Shown: positions 24,270 through 38,591, counted from the first letter of the whole stretch. The stretch: DNA of 58,499 bases, filler included, from Catajapyx aquilonaris (GCA_000934665.2; 3 parts of 3 records of this genome joined end to end with filler, not necessarily neighbours in it), one strand, 5' to 3'. Made by a program: numbers and translations. The notes: generated by a model from the letters alone, not told the origin.

Positions 24270-24722
24270 TAGTTGAATCCGCATATAACAGCCTCGGCTA
24301 TAGCAGACTTTCGGTTATAAATCATGCTTCCCTTAGGACCTGTGCATTTTTACTCCTGATATAACATACTCATTTTCACTTCATCTCGGGTATAACACAA
24401 CAGGCCATTTCTTGGCCCCTCGGTGGGAAAATACTGTACACCGGTATAGATTTTTAGGCATAAAATTTGCAAAGAGGAGACGGCAGAAGAAAATTTTGGT
24501 CCTGCATAATATTATTATTTTTGAGTGAGCTAATATGCATATTGCATTATTGATGGATTTCATTAATCGAATAATCGGTATGTAGTAGTGCGTATTACAG
24601 GCACATGGAAAGCAGAAATCTCTGTTTTCGTTGTAAAAGTGACGCTTTGGCTATAACAGACCTCGGTTATAACACGCTTTTTCTGCTGTTTCTTTAAGTC
24701 CTATATCAGGATTCAACTGTAC
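24270..24722. mobile_element. Tigger/pogo-like MITE
   Basis: Termini tagttgaatcc..atataac and tatatcaggattcaactgta with iterated TATAAC motifs; same family as the ~11091-11230 insert. Confidence 0.7.
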
Positions 24723-24814
24723 TATTAACCCCTTCGCTACACGCTGCATCGCGATCGCCTAGATTTTCGCTTAAGTTACACGTACAGTACTTTACTATGA
24801 AGATAAGAACAAGA

Positions 24815-25323
24815 TAGTAAAACTTCTGTAAGTCGAACTTCCCTAACTCGAAGTTCTTCATAACTCGGAAGTGCAGGCAGGGCCTTACGATGGGACATCA
24901 ATGCATTTTCAGTCTCCCTAAGTCCAAGTTCATGTTGGCGAGTACGGATAATATTTTTTCATTTTCCAGCCGAAGGGTCGAGAGTAGGCCACATGTACAG
25001 AAAGGCTCAATGTCCTGATCTCCGTCTACCAGACGAACCGAAAGAAGTGTTTGACTCGATTGTGACAATTGAATCCTTGAATCTAAGAGTAGGCAATTGT
25101 CCATCACGGAGTTTCTTTTACACCAAAACAACAAGGAACATTGTAAGTGTGATAGTGACAGTTATTTTTAAGTTTTGAAAACCTTTCGTCGCTGGATATA
25201 CAGGTAGGCTTCCTTATAAAGTTCTGTGCTTTAAAAAATTCCAAACTTCTCTAACTCGAATCTTCTATAACTGGAAGTTTTTTTCCGGTCCCATGGAGAA
25301 TCGACTTATAGAAGTCTTACTGT
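24815..25323. mobile_element. Tigger/pogo-like MITE
   Basis: Termini agtaaaacttctgtaagtcga / tcgacttatagaagtcttactgta with iterated taactcga motifs. Confidence 0.7.
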
Positions 25324-25379
25324 ATTTTACAAAATAATAATAACAGCTTTACTTATACACATTCATGCTGTGTATGTGA

Positions 25380-25795
25380 CGGAAACAATTTTCCTCGTCT
25401 AAATAAGACCCTAAATTAATTTTCAATAAGATCGCCGTAAAAACTTGAAATACAGGTATTACCGGCCAACTGTTACAGTCTGCGGAATATCTACCTTGAG
25501 AACCATGCCAGACGAATTTTCTGAAATCGTCGTATTTCGCGAGAATATATTAAATAAATTCGGGAATTTTTCCGAAGTAACAGGAAAGCCGCAGATAAGA
25601 AACAATTTATTTCTCGGAAAGTAGTACGATTTCAGCAAATTTCTCTGGCACACCTCTCATGTTTGACATTCCGGATATTTTAATGTTAGGCTATTTCAAA
25701 ATAACAGTTGGCCGGTAGCACTCGAATTTCTTGTTTTTACGGCGATATTTTTGAAAATAATTTTAGGGACTTCTAGGCGAGGCAAATTGTCTACA
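25380..25795. mobile_element. Old long-TIR element
   Basis: Diverged inverted arms ~25380-25475 and ~25700-25795 (taccggccaactgtta / taacagttggccggta). Confidence 0.55.
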
Positions 25796-25804
25796 ACACA
25801 TTAA

Positions 25805-26393
25805 AGGTGGGTTTACATGTGAGCGAAATGATCAGCGAAATGCATCGCGGCGATGCATTTCGACCGTGAATTGTAGCGGTTCTGACGTCATGACTCAAGC
25901 GATAGCGCTTAAGCATCGCCCGTGTGTTTACATGCCGGCGACGTGCATCGCCACGGCATGCCAACAGCATCGCCCGCGCAAAGGACTATCGGAAGGAGAC
26001 AAAAGACGATCGGGTTGTTTATGGCTCGAATTTTGGAATGGCGAAGAGACTCCCTCGGCCTGTATCGCGAATATACTCGGCTTCTGTGGTTTTGGTGGAA
26101 CAAGGGACCCTTGGGAGTGGTGGTGAGTAGGCTTCTTCCCTCCTGACGCCATGTTGGAAATCGAACGAAAACAGGCGGGTGCCTTTCTGTCACCACACGC
26201 CGTCACAGTACAGCCACCCGAATACGCCACAAGTGAGCGACGATGTCGTCGCCATCTCCATGAGCGATGTCATCGCCGAGGCCCTCCCTTCTTAAACGCG
26301 ATTGATACTTTCGGCCCAAATCACTGCTTTCGTTAGGATTTCATCGCTGGCGATGCAAATCGCTGATCATTTCGCTCACATGTAAACCCAGCT
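25805..26393. mobile_element. PIF/Harbinger-type MITE
   Basis: ~34-bp TIR ag(g/c)tgggtttacatgtgagcgaaatgatcagcga, TSD TAA. Confidence 0.88.
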
Positions 26394-26567
26394 TAATAGT
26401 GTAGACTGTAGAGTATAAACCTGTAAGTATGATACGTATAGCACTATAGCTGTTATTATTTGTAAAATATCTTGTCCTTATCTTCAGAGCAGGCTACGTG
26501 TAAGCTAAAATCTAGGCGATGGCGGTATAGCTGGTAGTGAAGGGGTTTTAAAAAAGAACTGAAATAA

Positions 26568-27741
26568 GAGCAAAAACATTCCCATTCAGTAAAAAACAGG
26601 GTAGTAAGACCACCATGGAGGAATGAAAGTACTGAAACAAGGCAGGCGCACGTAAGACATTCACCAATTGAATTAAGATGTACCATAGGTCTTACTCAAG
26701 CAATTCTGAAGTATTGTGCAGAATAGCTCGTAAAAGTTGTACTACTACAAACTACTCAGAGCTGTAGGCAGAGATTTATTTTGATAATAATTAAACAACT
26801 CTGAACTTATCTTCACAGACTTGGAAATTTTGCTCCTGAAAATGCAGAATCCAATTGAAAAAGACCCTCAAAAATTCACCCATTTACGTCTACATGTGAA
26901 AAATTAAACATTACAGTTAAAATCAGTATCTACAAGAGGTCATGAATGTGCAATGTGCATGAATGTTTCATGACAATAAATTCGCTCCAATCGTGGGGAG
27001 GTGCGGTGGCCGAGATGGTAACGTCTCGGCTTGCTGAGTGAAAGGTCCCAGGTTCGATCCCCGCCTGGGAGTTCCCTTTCACATGCGTCAGGAGGGTCTC
27101 TGACCCGCACCTGGCATCTGGTCTGGCAATCTAACCTCTTGGGGAACAGCACATGGCCCCTTTCCAGACATTGCACTTGCACCCACGTTCCCTCCGCAAA
27201 AATCCCTATCCTTACCCAATGTCCTTGATTCCCTGCACAGGAGTTAGAATAAAATGGAAAAATATGGAAATATGGTGGTAGTCCACCCCCCAACATTGAC
27301 ACTTCTAGCTGTCTCATGGGGAACAAAAAAAAACAAAAACAAAAATTCGCACCAATCGTATCAGAAATTCAATACCGGTATGCTTAATATTGAAAAGTTC
27401 CTAATTTCAAAAAACACACATACTGTATATGGAGTGGCTCATGGAAAATGAATGGGTGGAATTTTCGTCGTACTACTAGTACTAGTCAATGCTAACTCAG
27501 CAGTACCATTCCACTACCCTTGCTAAGTTAGAGGTAACTAGTAGTACGACGAAAATTCCACCCATTGTTTTCAGAAAGGAGATTATTTGATGAGTAGTAA
27601 ATTGGAAATTGCTTGAGTAAGACCTGTGATACAGCTTAAATCAATTGGTGAAGGTCTTACGTGAAGGCCTTGTTTCAGTACTTTCATTTCCGCCGCGGAG
27701 GTCTTACTACCCTTTTTTAACTGAAGGGAATGGTTTTGCTC
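26568..27741. mobile_element. Long-TIR non-autonomous DNA element (possibly Sola3-like) with nested SINE and hairpin MITE
   Basis: ~140-bp diverged TIRs with GAG...CTC termini; nested hairpin 27451-27566 with 30-bp perfect arms. Confidence 0.65.
26995..27342 (+). mobile_element. tRNA-derived SINE family A, full length
   Basis: Same head as 21339; 17-bp TSD aaattcgc(t/a)ccaatcgt at 26978-26994 and 27343-27359. Confidence 0.92.
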
Positions 27742-28182
27742 TTATTGATAATAAGACAAAAAATGGAAGTCGAGATAATTACTTGTATGTCAGTCGTTTT
27801 TGTAATGTTCACAGAGAGATTCAGCCGCTTTGTTCTGCCGTCCCAAGGAAAATAATTTATTCCTATCTGCAAAACAGGTGAGGATGAAGGTCGCGTGCAG
27901 GAACGGACATCACTAACATTTCTTCACTTCCCTTGACAAGTCAAATTGACGTCCTTCTATCCGACCTCTATTATTTCCCACTGCAATCATTTGTCAGCAG
28001 GAGATAATGTCAGTACGGGTTTCCTACTTGGCTCAAAAATTCGACATGAAATCAAATGCCTTTTCTCTGTTTACTGGAGCACCCAAGGAAGAGAAAGAGA
28101 CATACTCGACTTTTCTCATTTCCATCATACTTCCGATGAAGCTATTCTATCCACTGCTCTTTTATTTGCTAAACTGGTTCTA

Positions 28183-28912
28183 CATGGTGATTCTTTTACA
28201 ACCTAATCCTGAATTTATGTTATATCTCGTAAATGTATGGACGAAAATAGGTGAAATTTTCATGACACATACCTCCAACGATGTTGAGCAGACGAAATCA
28301 CAAGAAGTTCTGGAATTCGCCACCAGATGGCAGCAGCAGCCCGACAGAACAAAAAAGCGTTCAAAAAGGTGTACTGTACTCACATGTCAGTGGAAGAAAC
28401 GCGTGTTTATTGTGCGAATGCTCATTTATGGAAACACAACGGCATTCCAAGATAACATTATGGCAGATGACATTATAAGCATTACAACAAGTGCTGGAAA
28501 TGGCCGCCTTGTTCTGAGAACCCTTTTTCCTTCTGGTTCCAGCATTAGCTGCTGCACTGATGTCACTCTGTATAGGGTCTTATGGTTTACAGCTTCCGCG
28601 CCAATTGGTGAATTATTGACTTCCTCGGGACATTTTGCACTTATTGAACTGCCGTTGTCTTTCCGAAAATGAGCCGGTGACCCAGTACGTTCGCACAATA
28701 AACACGCGTTCTTCCACTGAGTACACCATTTCGAAGATTTTTTTGCCCTGTCATGCTGCCGCTGCCATTTGGCGGAAAATTCCAGAACTTATTGTGATGT
28801 CATCTGCTCAATATCGCTGGAGGTACGTGTCATGAAAATTGCATCAATTTTTGTCCACGTGTTTACGGGATATAACAGGAATTCAGGCTTCAGTTATCAA
28901 AGAATCACCCTG
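28183..28912. mobile_element. Foldback Tc1/mariner derivative made of two transposase 5' ends
   Basis: TA TSD, CAGGGTGATTC termini, long inverted arms. Minus strand from 28729 reads MVYSVEERVFIVRTYWVTGSFSERQRQF (DUF4817-like HTH start), mirrored on plus at ~28370-28445. Confidence 0.8.
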
Positions 28913-30978
28913 TACTTGCTATAATTATGATCATAATTATACTGTACAGTCGTTACGCCCTGCCCAATTGGATTGCATTGTAACTGCGGGGTAACTATTA
29001 GTTGGTAACTTGGCATTGTATCCCCCCCACCCACCCACCCTCGCACACACACAGAGAAGGCTCATTCCACTTGAAATGGTCTTACTATATAGGCTTTAGT
29101 TCTACTACCGAAAGTCGTAAACATCGTAGTACAGGGCATTAATTTACGTTTGGTTCGGTTTTATTGTCACTTGCGGTTCATTTTAATTAGTTCACCTGGA
29201 CGGGGAAAGTCAAAATGATACGATACATCACTGGGAAATACTTATGAATAAAATGCACTATTAGGCATGATAAATTGTGGCTAAAATTCCGCCAATACAG
29301 GATGCATATCATAATCTAAAAATGCATGCTATTCATGTTATAGAAATCGATGATGTAGGTCAGTCGCGTTGTCGGCTGAAAAAAGGCCAACATGGCATTT
29401 TTGAACTAACCTCTGAAATTCCTCGGTGCATGCTGCGCGACGTGGTTTTGTAATTTTGATTAGAATGATCCTGTTTCCACCATTACCCTTTTACTACTCC
29501 ACTGTTGCAGAAATTGTCTTCACTGTTTTCAACTTCTTCCGCATAAGAAGTATATGCTTATTTGCAGCACTAATTACACTCTACATAAAAATAAAAATAG
29601 CAGGACGTTTTAGCAGTCCCTGGAGATGTATTTTTTGTTCAGAAAAATCTCTGCCACGACCATTTTCTAGGGCTGGATACGAACAATCAGACGTAATGTC
29701 TAATTTTACAGTGGTGGATATCGTGCACTGATTTCGGCTACCCGGACAAAGTTCTGGGAAAACTCTGCCTGTAAAAGATTTTATGAGCTCTACAGCTCAA
29801 AATTCAAACTAATCCATGTAATGATTGGGATGTAATTATTACAGTCTTACAGCATCGTTCAGGATTTTATTTAATTCCACTTCTCCCCTCTACTCTGGTA
29901 GCCACAGCCGCCGGTATGTTTAAACGAGCACCATTTGAAATCAGGAGTCTAAATCCTCTCTTGAATGTGGAGTCTAGCTTTAGCCTCGGAGTTGGAAAGT
30001 TAGTTCGACGAGAATAACGCACCGCTTTTGGGCCGTAACAAGGTTGGTGCTACCGGCTTTTCGCTTCCACAATACACGTTTCCTCTTCTTTTTTGACATC
30101 CCAATGGCGGTTAATTTCTACCAAGAGCCTCAGACGTTAATGTTTCTAATAATGTACCATGTAAGTATAGGGGAATTTCAGCAGCGGTTCTCTATCATCG
30201 GACAAGTCTAATCTCGGTCTAATTAATTTGTGGTTGGCAGATTTATGGCGATGTGCATTTTACTGCGGAAGAGTCCTAGGAACTCGACGATATACGCTAT
30301 TACATTCCTAATTTCCGCACACTGACCCGGTAAAGTCCACATCATCAGTGCGGGACCAGTCAAGAGCAATTATTTCAGACTAGTTATGTCAGGAGCCGAC
30401 ACTTGCTTTTGTCCCAAGTGGTGCGTAAGATCAGACAATAATTTGCTTTCAAATCCGATAGATTAGGCCAGAATTGAATTACAAAAGCTATAATATTAAG
30501 GAAGGTGTTGTAAAATAAGAAATAGCAAAATGAAAGTTTCAGTTCACAAAATGATGTCGTGAACTTTCGCGCTCATGTCAGCTATGTACTCACGCCTAAA
30601 ATGTGTTTTATCTTCATCGGGTGATATAATTATGTTGGTTTTTCGTCTTCATCATCCAATTCAGTTGATATCGAATGCTGCATAAAAATATTGAATGTTG
30701 TATGGCTACCAAAACTACATCCACATAAGATTACAATACAGTGCATTCTGTATAATAACTTTACTAGGTTTTAGTATTTTTAGTTCAGTTTTTATCACTG
30801 GTCGTCCACACCCCAAATCTACTGAAATTCACTAAATGCATAAAGTAAACAGAGCATTAAATATTATTTTGTATGTAATATTTCTCTTAATTAACATTAT
30901 TTGAATTATTATTATTAACAATACGCCAACTCCAACATTTGGCGTGATATATCTACAGTACTATTCAGGAAAAAATGT

Positions 30979-31145
30979 TACACGGTCGACTCCGGACATA
31001 AGAGCCTCGGCTCTAAGCAACCCTCGCCTCGGTTAGAGACAACTATAGAAAGGCTGGTCCCTGGATGCTTCATTTTGGCCTGTAAATTTGGATATACAGT
31101 AGGTTTCTCGGTTATAGCAGACTTATTTCCAAGAAGTCGACTGTA
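30979..31145. mobile_element. Short Tigger-like MITE
   Basis: tacacggtcgactcc ... aagtcgactgta termini with ctcgg(c/t)t repeats. Confidence 0.45.
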
Positions 31146-32351
31146 TGATATATGCTAATCACAAAGTAGATGAGAAGTATATGGTCATAATTATGTGGTC
31201 GGGCTAGCTAACTTTACTAGCGTACTACTTGTGGTCACTTTCCCATCTACCCTCAGGAAGGCTGGCTGAGTAAAACCTCTCTATGCCCCTTATTCGGAGA
31301 GTACATGAGGAATGCATGGTGAAAGACTACTACTTCTGCATCTTTAGGTATATCTAGAAATCTTTTTTCAATAATCATCATTGTCATTTATATATTATCA
31401 TGTATAACATTATTATTAATCATGTATCTATGTGTACCTCTAAACGTATTATTCACATAATTTGTGCCTTTTAAGTTCTCAACTTTATGTTTTACAATTC
31501 TCAGAGTAGGCCTAAGTATCATTTCCACTAGCCTGGAAGGCTCCCGACTTCTGGAGTAAACCTTACGGCGGACCTACCCTGCTGAATGAGGGAGATGAGT
31601 CGGGTTTCAGAGTTTCACGAGTGAGCTCGGAAACCCCTCCTATGATTTGCCAGGAACGTCCCGAAGATTTTTTATCGTGTGATGAATGGTCCAAATGAAA
31701 ATTCTCGGTTCTCACTGCACCATGGTAGTGGTACATGTGACCACCTTGAACATTTTTCTACTCTGGTTACAGTCATTGATCCCTTGTGTTGGAGCAGCAA
31801 CATACTGTGATATTAATAATTAATATCACAGTTGCCTATTATTGGCTTATGGGAATCCTAATAGTCTTATCACCACCACAGCGTAGTAATTATGACCAAG
31901 AAACACGAAAATTCACACAGTATAAAGGAATGGCCTCTCTGCGACCAGTGAAAAAATTTCAATAGGTGCTACTAGCTTTGTGAAGCAACATCAATATTTT
32001 CGGATTTTCACGGATCCATTGTTAAGCCTCGCACGATACAGGAATATTTACAACGTGATTGTTTTGTGACATGAGTGGCCGCTCGTGGTTACGCATATTA
32101 TATGAAAACACTGCACTGCTGCGTTTCTCCGAATAGACTGCAAAGTACAGTAAATATTGTCGCGTGCTTAACCAAGAAAAATATTATTATATCTACTTCT
32201 CTCAATGAGCACAGGTGCCCATCAACATGTCCCGTTGCTCCAAGATCGTAGAAAGTTATGAAATAATTGCTATACAGTTAAGCAGTGGGATGGGATATGA
32301 CTGGATTAAAGAGCTGAAAGACAGCCTGATTATAGGGACAGATGGGCCAGA

Positions 32352-32352
<1 letters not shown>

Positions 32353-32418
<66 letters not shown>
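32353..32418. repeat. (TAA)n microsatellite
   Basis: Directly visible. Confidence 0.97.
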
Positions 32419-32419
<1 letters not shown>

Positions 32420-35339
32420 TGAAGACAAAATTTGACGTAAAGTGCAAACACTGGTTTTTAAATGGGGTAATGTGAAATTACTCAAGTGCTAGCAAAGATG
32501 AGATGGTCTTGGTTAGGTGAAAAGGACAGGGACAGCTGTCAATGTGGGGAAGAAGAGCATGCATGACGCACGTCATTCAAAATTGCAGGGTAATGGAACG
32601 AGAGAGAAGGTTGTGTATGCAGAGTGAGAGATGTTGGGTGCTTTATTCGTGGCCACTCATTGTGTGGAGAAGATAATTTATGCAAGGAAATATCTGCAAT
32701 AATTATTGTCTGTTAATAATCGAAAACACCAGGTAAATCATTTGTACAGGTGATCGATAGAAGCGTCGTACGTTAGTCACCAGAGTAGCAGACTATCGAT
32801 AATTTTATCCATACGTCATTATCTGATTTTTAACTGAGTGATCCATTTCTTTTGGGATCCGTTGCATTGGATGGATAGCCTGCATCACTTTTTCTTTTCT
32901 CCCTAGCTCTTAATTTGGCCATCTCCCCAGAAAATTACCATCATTTCCCAGGGAAAAACTTCCAATCTGAGGATCTTCCAATTATATTTGAGAGCATTCA
33001 TCAGGAAGAGCGCTCTAACTTCTTTGGATCAGCCGAGGGAGTATCATTCCCGACAACATTAATTTTAATTTAATTTTAATTATGACAGAATTTTGAATTT
33101 TGAAATATATATCATGAAACAGATAGCATCATTCATATAAATACTGTCTATACACAAAATCCTTTTGTGCATTCACTGTGTTCATGCATGTGAGAAAAGA
33201 TAAGGGCCCAACCCATGCATATAAGTCCTAGTTTAAAATATTACGAATTTTAAATATCCATAATAGACCAACGTGTGTCAATTTCACTTCTAAGTCGTAT
33301 CTCTCGAAAACACGTAGGCCTACATGACAAGTTCTGTTTCACCATCTGCCTCAAGGCCCATACACTAACGCGATTTAATGTCACAAAAGTTAGGACCATG
33401 CTTAGTACAAACTGATCAATATTCCCCGCCTCATTACCTACCATTGAACCAAAGGAAGAAAAAACAGGGGGAGCGGAAACGAAAGTGGGAGAAGGGGAAG
33501 TGGCAAGAAGACCCTGTATGTTTTAGCCCAATGTTCTTCCATCAAGTTGGAATGAATTGGGGCCGACAAGTTCGGCAACAGAAAAACTCGATTTTTCAGC
33601 AGAACCAGGAACAAAAAAGCGAGATTAAAGACAAGTGTACCTCGCCCTATCACTAAATTGCAGGGTAATATCCCCATTCCAAAGGCAAAAGAAGGTGGTG
33701 ATAATTCCAACGCTTTCCACTGCACCAAGTTCCCAGAGGCTCCCAAATTCTGTTTAAAAGGTCTACGGACTTCCATTATTAATGATACTACTGGCTGGGT
33801 ATTTCGAAGAGAGTAAAATATGAGAGAGATCAGACAGAAAACGGAGAGGTGCGGGAATTTAGGGAAAATATTCTCTCGACGGAGGAAAACGATTCGAGAC
33901 TATCAGTTCCTTCTGTTTCTACGTATTTTGTTTCTTTTCCCTGCCTCTGTACATATCTGCACGGTTCATAAATCAAGGATTCCTTCTTACCCCGGGAGCG
34001 ATACTACCCGAAGGGAACACTTTGATTTCGTAAATATTTCCCGGTATGCTTTATGTACTCTACAGTTTTGTTGACAAAGCAAGATTTTCTATGCTCACTG
34101 TCCGCAAAAAGGAAGCAAATTATACTGCGCCCTGAGGTGAAATTGAATAAATATGGTCGCTTTTGTGGTGCAGTCGTACAGTATTATGTGTGAAAAAACT
34201 GTTTTGCCAGACGTATCCTGACGCTATGTAACCATCAGCTCTTGAGTGCTGTTTCTGATAGTTATTTTAATGGTACAGTGCTGATTGATACCCCCGTGGG
34301 CAAAGCTTTTCGAGACAAATACCCATAGTACAGTACAGTATACATAACTGTTATTTTTATGTTCCGTTTGTACCCTGATCATGTGCAAAGTTCATGGTTC
34401 ATGGTTCATGGTTCATGGTTCATGGAAAAGTTGTTTATAGATGACTAAGTCAACACGACAACATAACAATCAGGACCCAGTATGATTCTAAAAAGGAATA
34501 TTTGCTAGTCATTAATACGTAAAATATGTTTTTCACTGCTTCAATAATATTTACCCTCTTTATTAATTATTATCAGAAACATCCTCGTTATACCACGATC
34601 GGTCAATTTGAGTGAACCAAGCAATCACACACGGACTTGGCTCCAAATAAATAAATAACGTAATATAAGTCCTTGGCAACTAGGTCTCTCCTACCTGTGG
34701 ACCAAATTTAGTTGGCATCAGTGTGGCAGTAGCCTACAGAGCCATTAGAAATTCCAACAGAGACCTCCCTTCAGACTCTCTCCTTCCCAACTCCCATAAT
34801 ATCAAGTAGTCCAGAATGATACGAAAAAATAGCCGTAACCCCCCAAAAATTGCAATAGAACTAAATTTTTCGCCGTCGCGTTAAGAAAAATGTTCAGAAC
34901 AACATATTATCCAAAGTTATACGAAATTGGAGTAGCTTGGAAGATTAATTAAATGTATAATATACCATAGGGAATAAAGAATCTAGAGAATGAATAGGGG
35001 AAGTATTTTACCTTTTGGACAAACAGCCTTGGAAACAATCTTGGAAAAATCGCGGCTTAAATGGATTTTTTTCTATTTATCTCGTAAATAGCTGCATTAA
35101 TGTGAATTTACAGAGGATACAAAAGGAAAGATGGGACGAATCTCCACATATTCGATTCGTATAATTTCTTAGAAGAGCGTATCGGCACAAAGTTATCGCC
35201 GATTATATTGACACCACATAACCACTCTACGAAGATTTTTTTGTATAATATTTATGTGCTGTTTTTACTCAAGTATTCATGTCACAGGACAAGGAGAGGG
35301 TGAGTAAAGTTCCACGGATTCCTCCGGCTGGAGGCTCCG

Positions 35340-35920
35340 GAATATGCGCAGTGGAGAAACTTCTCGTTCACAGTTGATCATCACCATGTATTGCTTCGCG
35401 GAGGTTAGAGGCAAAGTCACTGCACAGATTTGGCAAAGAGGCCATGATCAGTTCTTCTGCAACCAGAGGAACGTACTGACATCATCGTATCGATATGTTT
35501 TCATCTTTCACCAGCTAATTGTCTCTTGTACATCTTTCTGCAGTTGGTCTTGCGCTCTACAATGTGACTCGGTTTCAGCGCATGAACTTTGACTTCTCTC
35601 GGCTGCATGGCTGGGACACTTCAAAGGTGTTGATGCACCACGATAAGCATCGAGTCATACATCTCGATCGACGGTGGCCTACGTGAAATGTATGGAGATT
35701 GAAAAAGGGAAACATTGCATTCCGACATCCGACATCCCTGCCAAATCTACCGATACCTCTCACATGGATTTCTACTGGTTTGGTCTGCTAAAAAGGACCC
35801 TCACGAGGAGACCCACCTGGTATCTGGCAAGCATTTGGAAAGTCATTCAGGTGGGGTGGGACAAAATTGACATTCCTGCTTTGAAATAAGTCTCATAGAA
35901 TGAAAGCTTCGATGTCGGCC
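35340..35920 (+). pseudogene. Decayed IS630-Tc1-mariner transposase (DD41D-like spacing)
   Basis: After one frameshift correction: KVLMHHDKASSHTSRSTVAYVK...IPAKSTDTSHMDFYWFGLLKRTL...IWKVIQVGWDKI, equivalent to the QDxAPxH...SPDLNPxD motifs, with 41 residues between the two Asp. Confidence 0.75.
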
Positions 35921-36677
35921 AAACTTTAAACGCGATTCGGAAAAATCGCATAGGTATCGGGCGCCCTTAAGAATAATATACTGGCTAATGATTGAGTTAC
36001 ATAAAAGTGCCATTTGACATAGTCGAACACCGTGGAAAGAAAATGTGAAAAATGAAAATGACATGCATGTTGGTAATAATATGCATTAAATGGCACAAGA
36101 AGTAAAATGCACATTCCTGTCAACGCGCACTTACAATATTATTAGTGGTGAATACCTTTTGTGGCGGGAAGCTGAGCGGCTGGATTTCTGGAGCAGCAAG
36201 GTAATAAACCCGGAATGCGGCAGAGGTTTGCGTGTTGACTCCTGCAGTCACCAGGCGGATGGTTGCCTGAGCGACTAGTGCAAAGCAAGGTTCAAGTGAC
36301 GCCTCATCTATGAAGAGGATCCATGCAGGCCCCTCATATTTTATACTCTATGACGTTCGAGGGAAGGGAATCGGCGGATTTTCTTCCTCCTGCTCTGGTC
36401 GTTAGAGTCTGGGCTCAGGTAATCAAGGACCCCAGGAAATGGTGCAACTTGGGTAATCACGACTGATTATCGCCGTCCTTTGTGGAAGGGGCCAACGCGA
36501 GTGAGTGCATTGCGCCAATTTGCCCCTACTACCCACCGAAATGGGATACACAGATTGGGTCTCTGGGAGGAACCACCTCCCTAAAGACAACGCATGCAGG
36601 CACGCTCGACGCCTTTGCTTCTCGACCAAGACCAATCGGGGCCAGATATATTCTTTATTTTTCTCTATTTCTTTCTT

Positions 36678-36727
36678 CTTTCCTTCCTTCTTTCCTTCCT
36701 TCCTTCCTTCCTTCCTTCCTTTTCCTT
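36678..36727. repeat. (TTCC)n microsatellite
   Basis: Directly visible. Confidence 0.9.
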
Positions 36728-38347
36728 CTCTCTATTTCCGTCCTAAATGTATACTGTAGAGGACGAATTATTTTGGTCGACTGTGTGGCGCCTTTTAGGT
36801 GTACATGCTTGGTCCAGCCGACTGCAATGGATATTGAACTTCCAATCATAAAAGGCAAAGGAACCGTCCAGTTCCCTCAAGTCATCTCCTCTGCGTCCAT
36901 ATTTGTCCCTCCTCCCTCCCCTTTTCAGTGATTTTGTCAGAGACTCTATTGGCTGGATTTGGTCATCTAGCCTGACCGATAAGCCCTATTGAACCATTTC
37001 ACCGGGGAGTTACAAATGGAGCAAATTGACGACTGGAAGAGGTTATCATCTTTTATTCCCTCCTCTTTCCCAGGGTCGACGTATTCGTTTTCTTTCATAT
37101 GAGACTAGATGAGGCATGTGGCGCCGTCGCCTTCTCACTGACGTTTCTCTCCACTTGGCCCAAATTACTTCCAATCCTGCAGAGCGGAAGTCACTATTGC
37201 TACTCAAATAGTCGATAAAATGATAAATCGTGCCTGTTGTAGTAGGGAAATACTGCCGCACAATATTTAGCCGGTGTCCAAATCAAGTTAAAACTTTGTG
37301 AAACATCTGTGACTACGTACAGTACACTTATTTTGTCAGTGGTACAAAATTGTGGTGTTTCGTGTCAGAAAACCTGAAAAACGAACAAGGTGCTCACCAA
37401 TTCTATTTTTGTACAGAATAATTTCATGTGAACCAATTTTTTTGTGTCCTAGAGATTTGGTAGTGTATTAATTTTATAGTATAATTTAATGAGGGACAGT
37501 TGATGACCTCTCTTCAAAAGGGAATTTGTCCAACACAAAAAATACTGTATTAACTTAGATTTTAATGCCATTTTTTAAAAAGGACGAGGGCATTGCTATC
37601 TGAATGATATCAAAAACCATCATGTTCATAATACTGTACAGTAGATTAAAATCGAATATTAAAAATCTGGTACCTCTGACAAGGGTACACATCTACATCG
37701 ACTTTTGATGAGTAAGTGCTTGCAACAGCCTACAGTGTATCTCATGAATGCATTACAAAAGTAATGCTCTGGTGTTATCACTTTGAACGGAATTTCTTGA
37801 CTGCTTCTAAAGTCACCTCTACCCACAGTCATGTCTACTTATTCTGTTTTTCACTCACGGCAGTTGTGGTACACTTCTGGAAGATACTGCCTTGTACCCT
37901 TGCAAGCAGCGCCAATGCGGGCACGGGTACAAGGCTTTTTTCCAGTAGTGTACTAGTACTTAAGTTCTGTAGTGGTCCTGCAATCCACAAGAATGGCTTT
38001 CTGCACGGTTTCTACTGCTATTTTGTGAGGTACCAATCACCATGACAACTCGCTGTTAAAGAAAGATTTGGTGAAGTTCACGGACTGCCCCAGATTCCCA
38101 GCTAGCAACACTTTCTATTATTCACTATCAGTGGAACTGAGAAGACAGTTCTGCCGTTCTGGAGAGGAACTGGAGGTAGTCATAGATCTGGAGACAGATT
38201 TCGAGATTATAGGGATAAAGGGGGATTGACAATTTACAATAATGATAGATGTCAGTATTTATACGGATGGGGCTAACATGCTTACCTTTACACAAAACAA
38301 AAATTTCCCCCATTATTTTCATCGTTCCTCAATTACACAAAATTAGA

Positions 38348-38591
38348 GTAGGGTGGTGTAGTGGTTAACGCCGCAGCCTTTCACTTCTATAAGGTTCCGA
38401 GTTCGATCCCCGGGTCGGGCGGAGGACACTTCTGTGGAAAGAGTAGTTTCGATGGGTTCTCGCTGTGTTTGCGTGGGTTTTCTCGGGGTTCTCCTGTTTC
38501 CTCCCACTACCAAAAACCTATTATACGATTTCCAGATAGCTTAGTTGCTTTGCACAAAAAACAAACAAACAAACAAACAAACAAACAAAAA
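38348..38591 (+). mobile_element. tRNA-derived SINE family C (V-domain-like core)
   Basis: A box TGGTGTAGTGG, B box AGTTCGATCCC, core gcgtgggttttctcggggttctcctgtttcctcccac, (AAAC)n tail. Confidence 0.85.

Noticed and set aside
28007..28672. 221-aa ORF as a gene
   Set aside because: It crosses the boundary of a foldback transposon and has no coherent domain.
37790..38200. Exon-like minus-strand segment starting ctccag|ATCTATGACTAC
   Set aside because: The frame closes within about 20 codons and I recognise no motif; possibly a decayed TE but unsupported.
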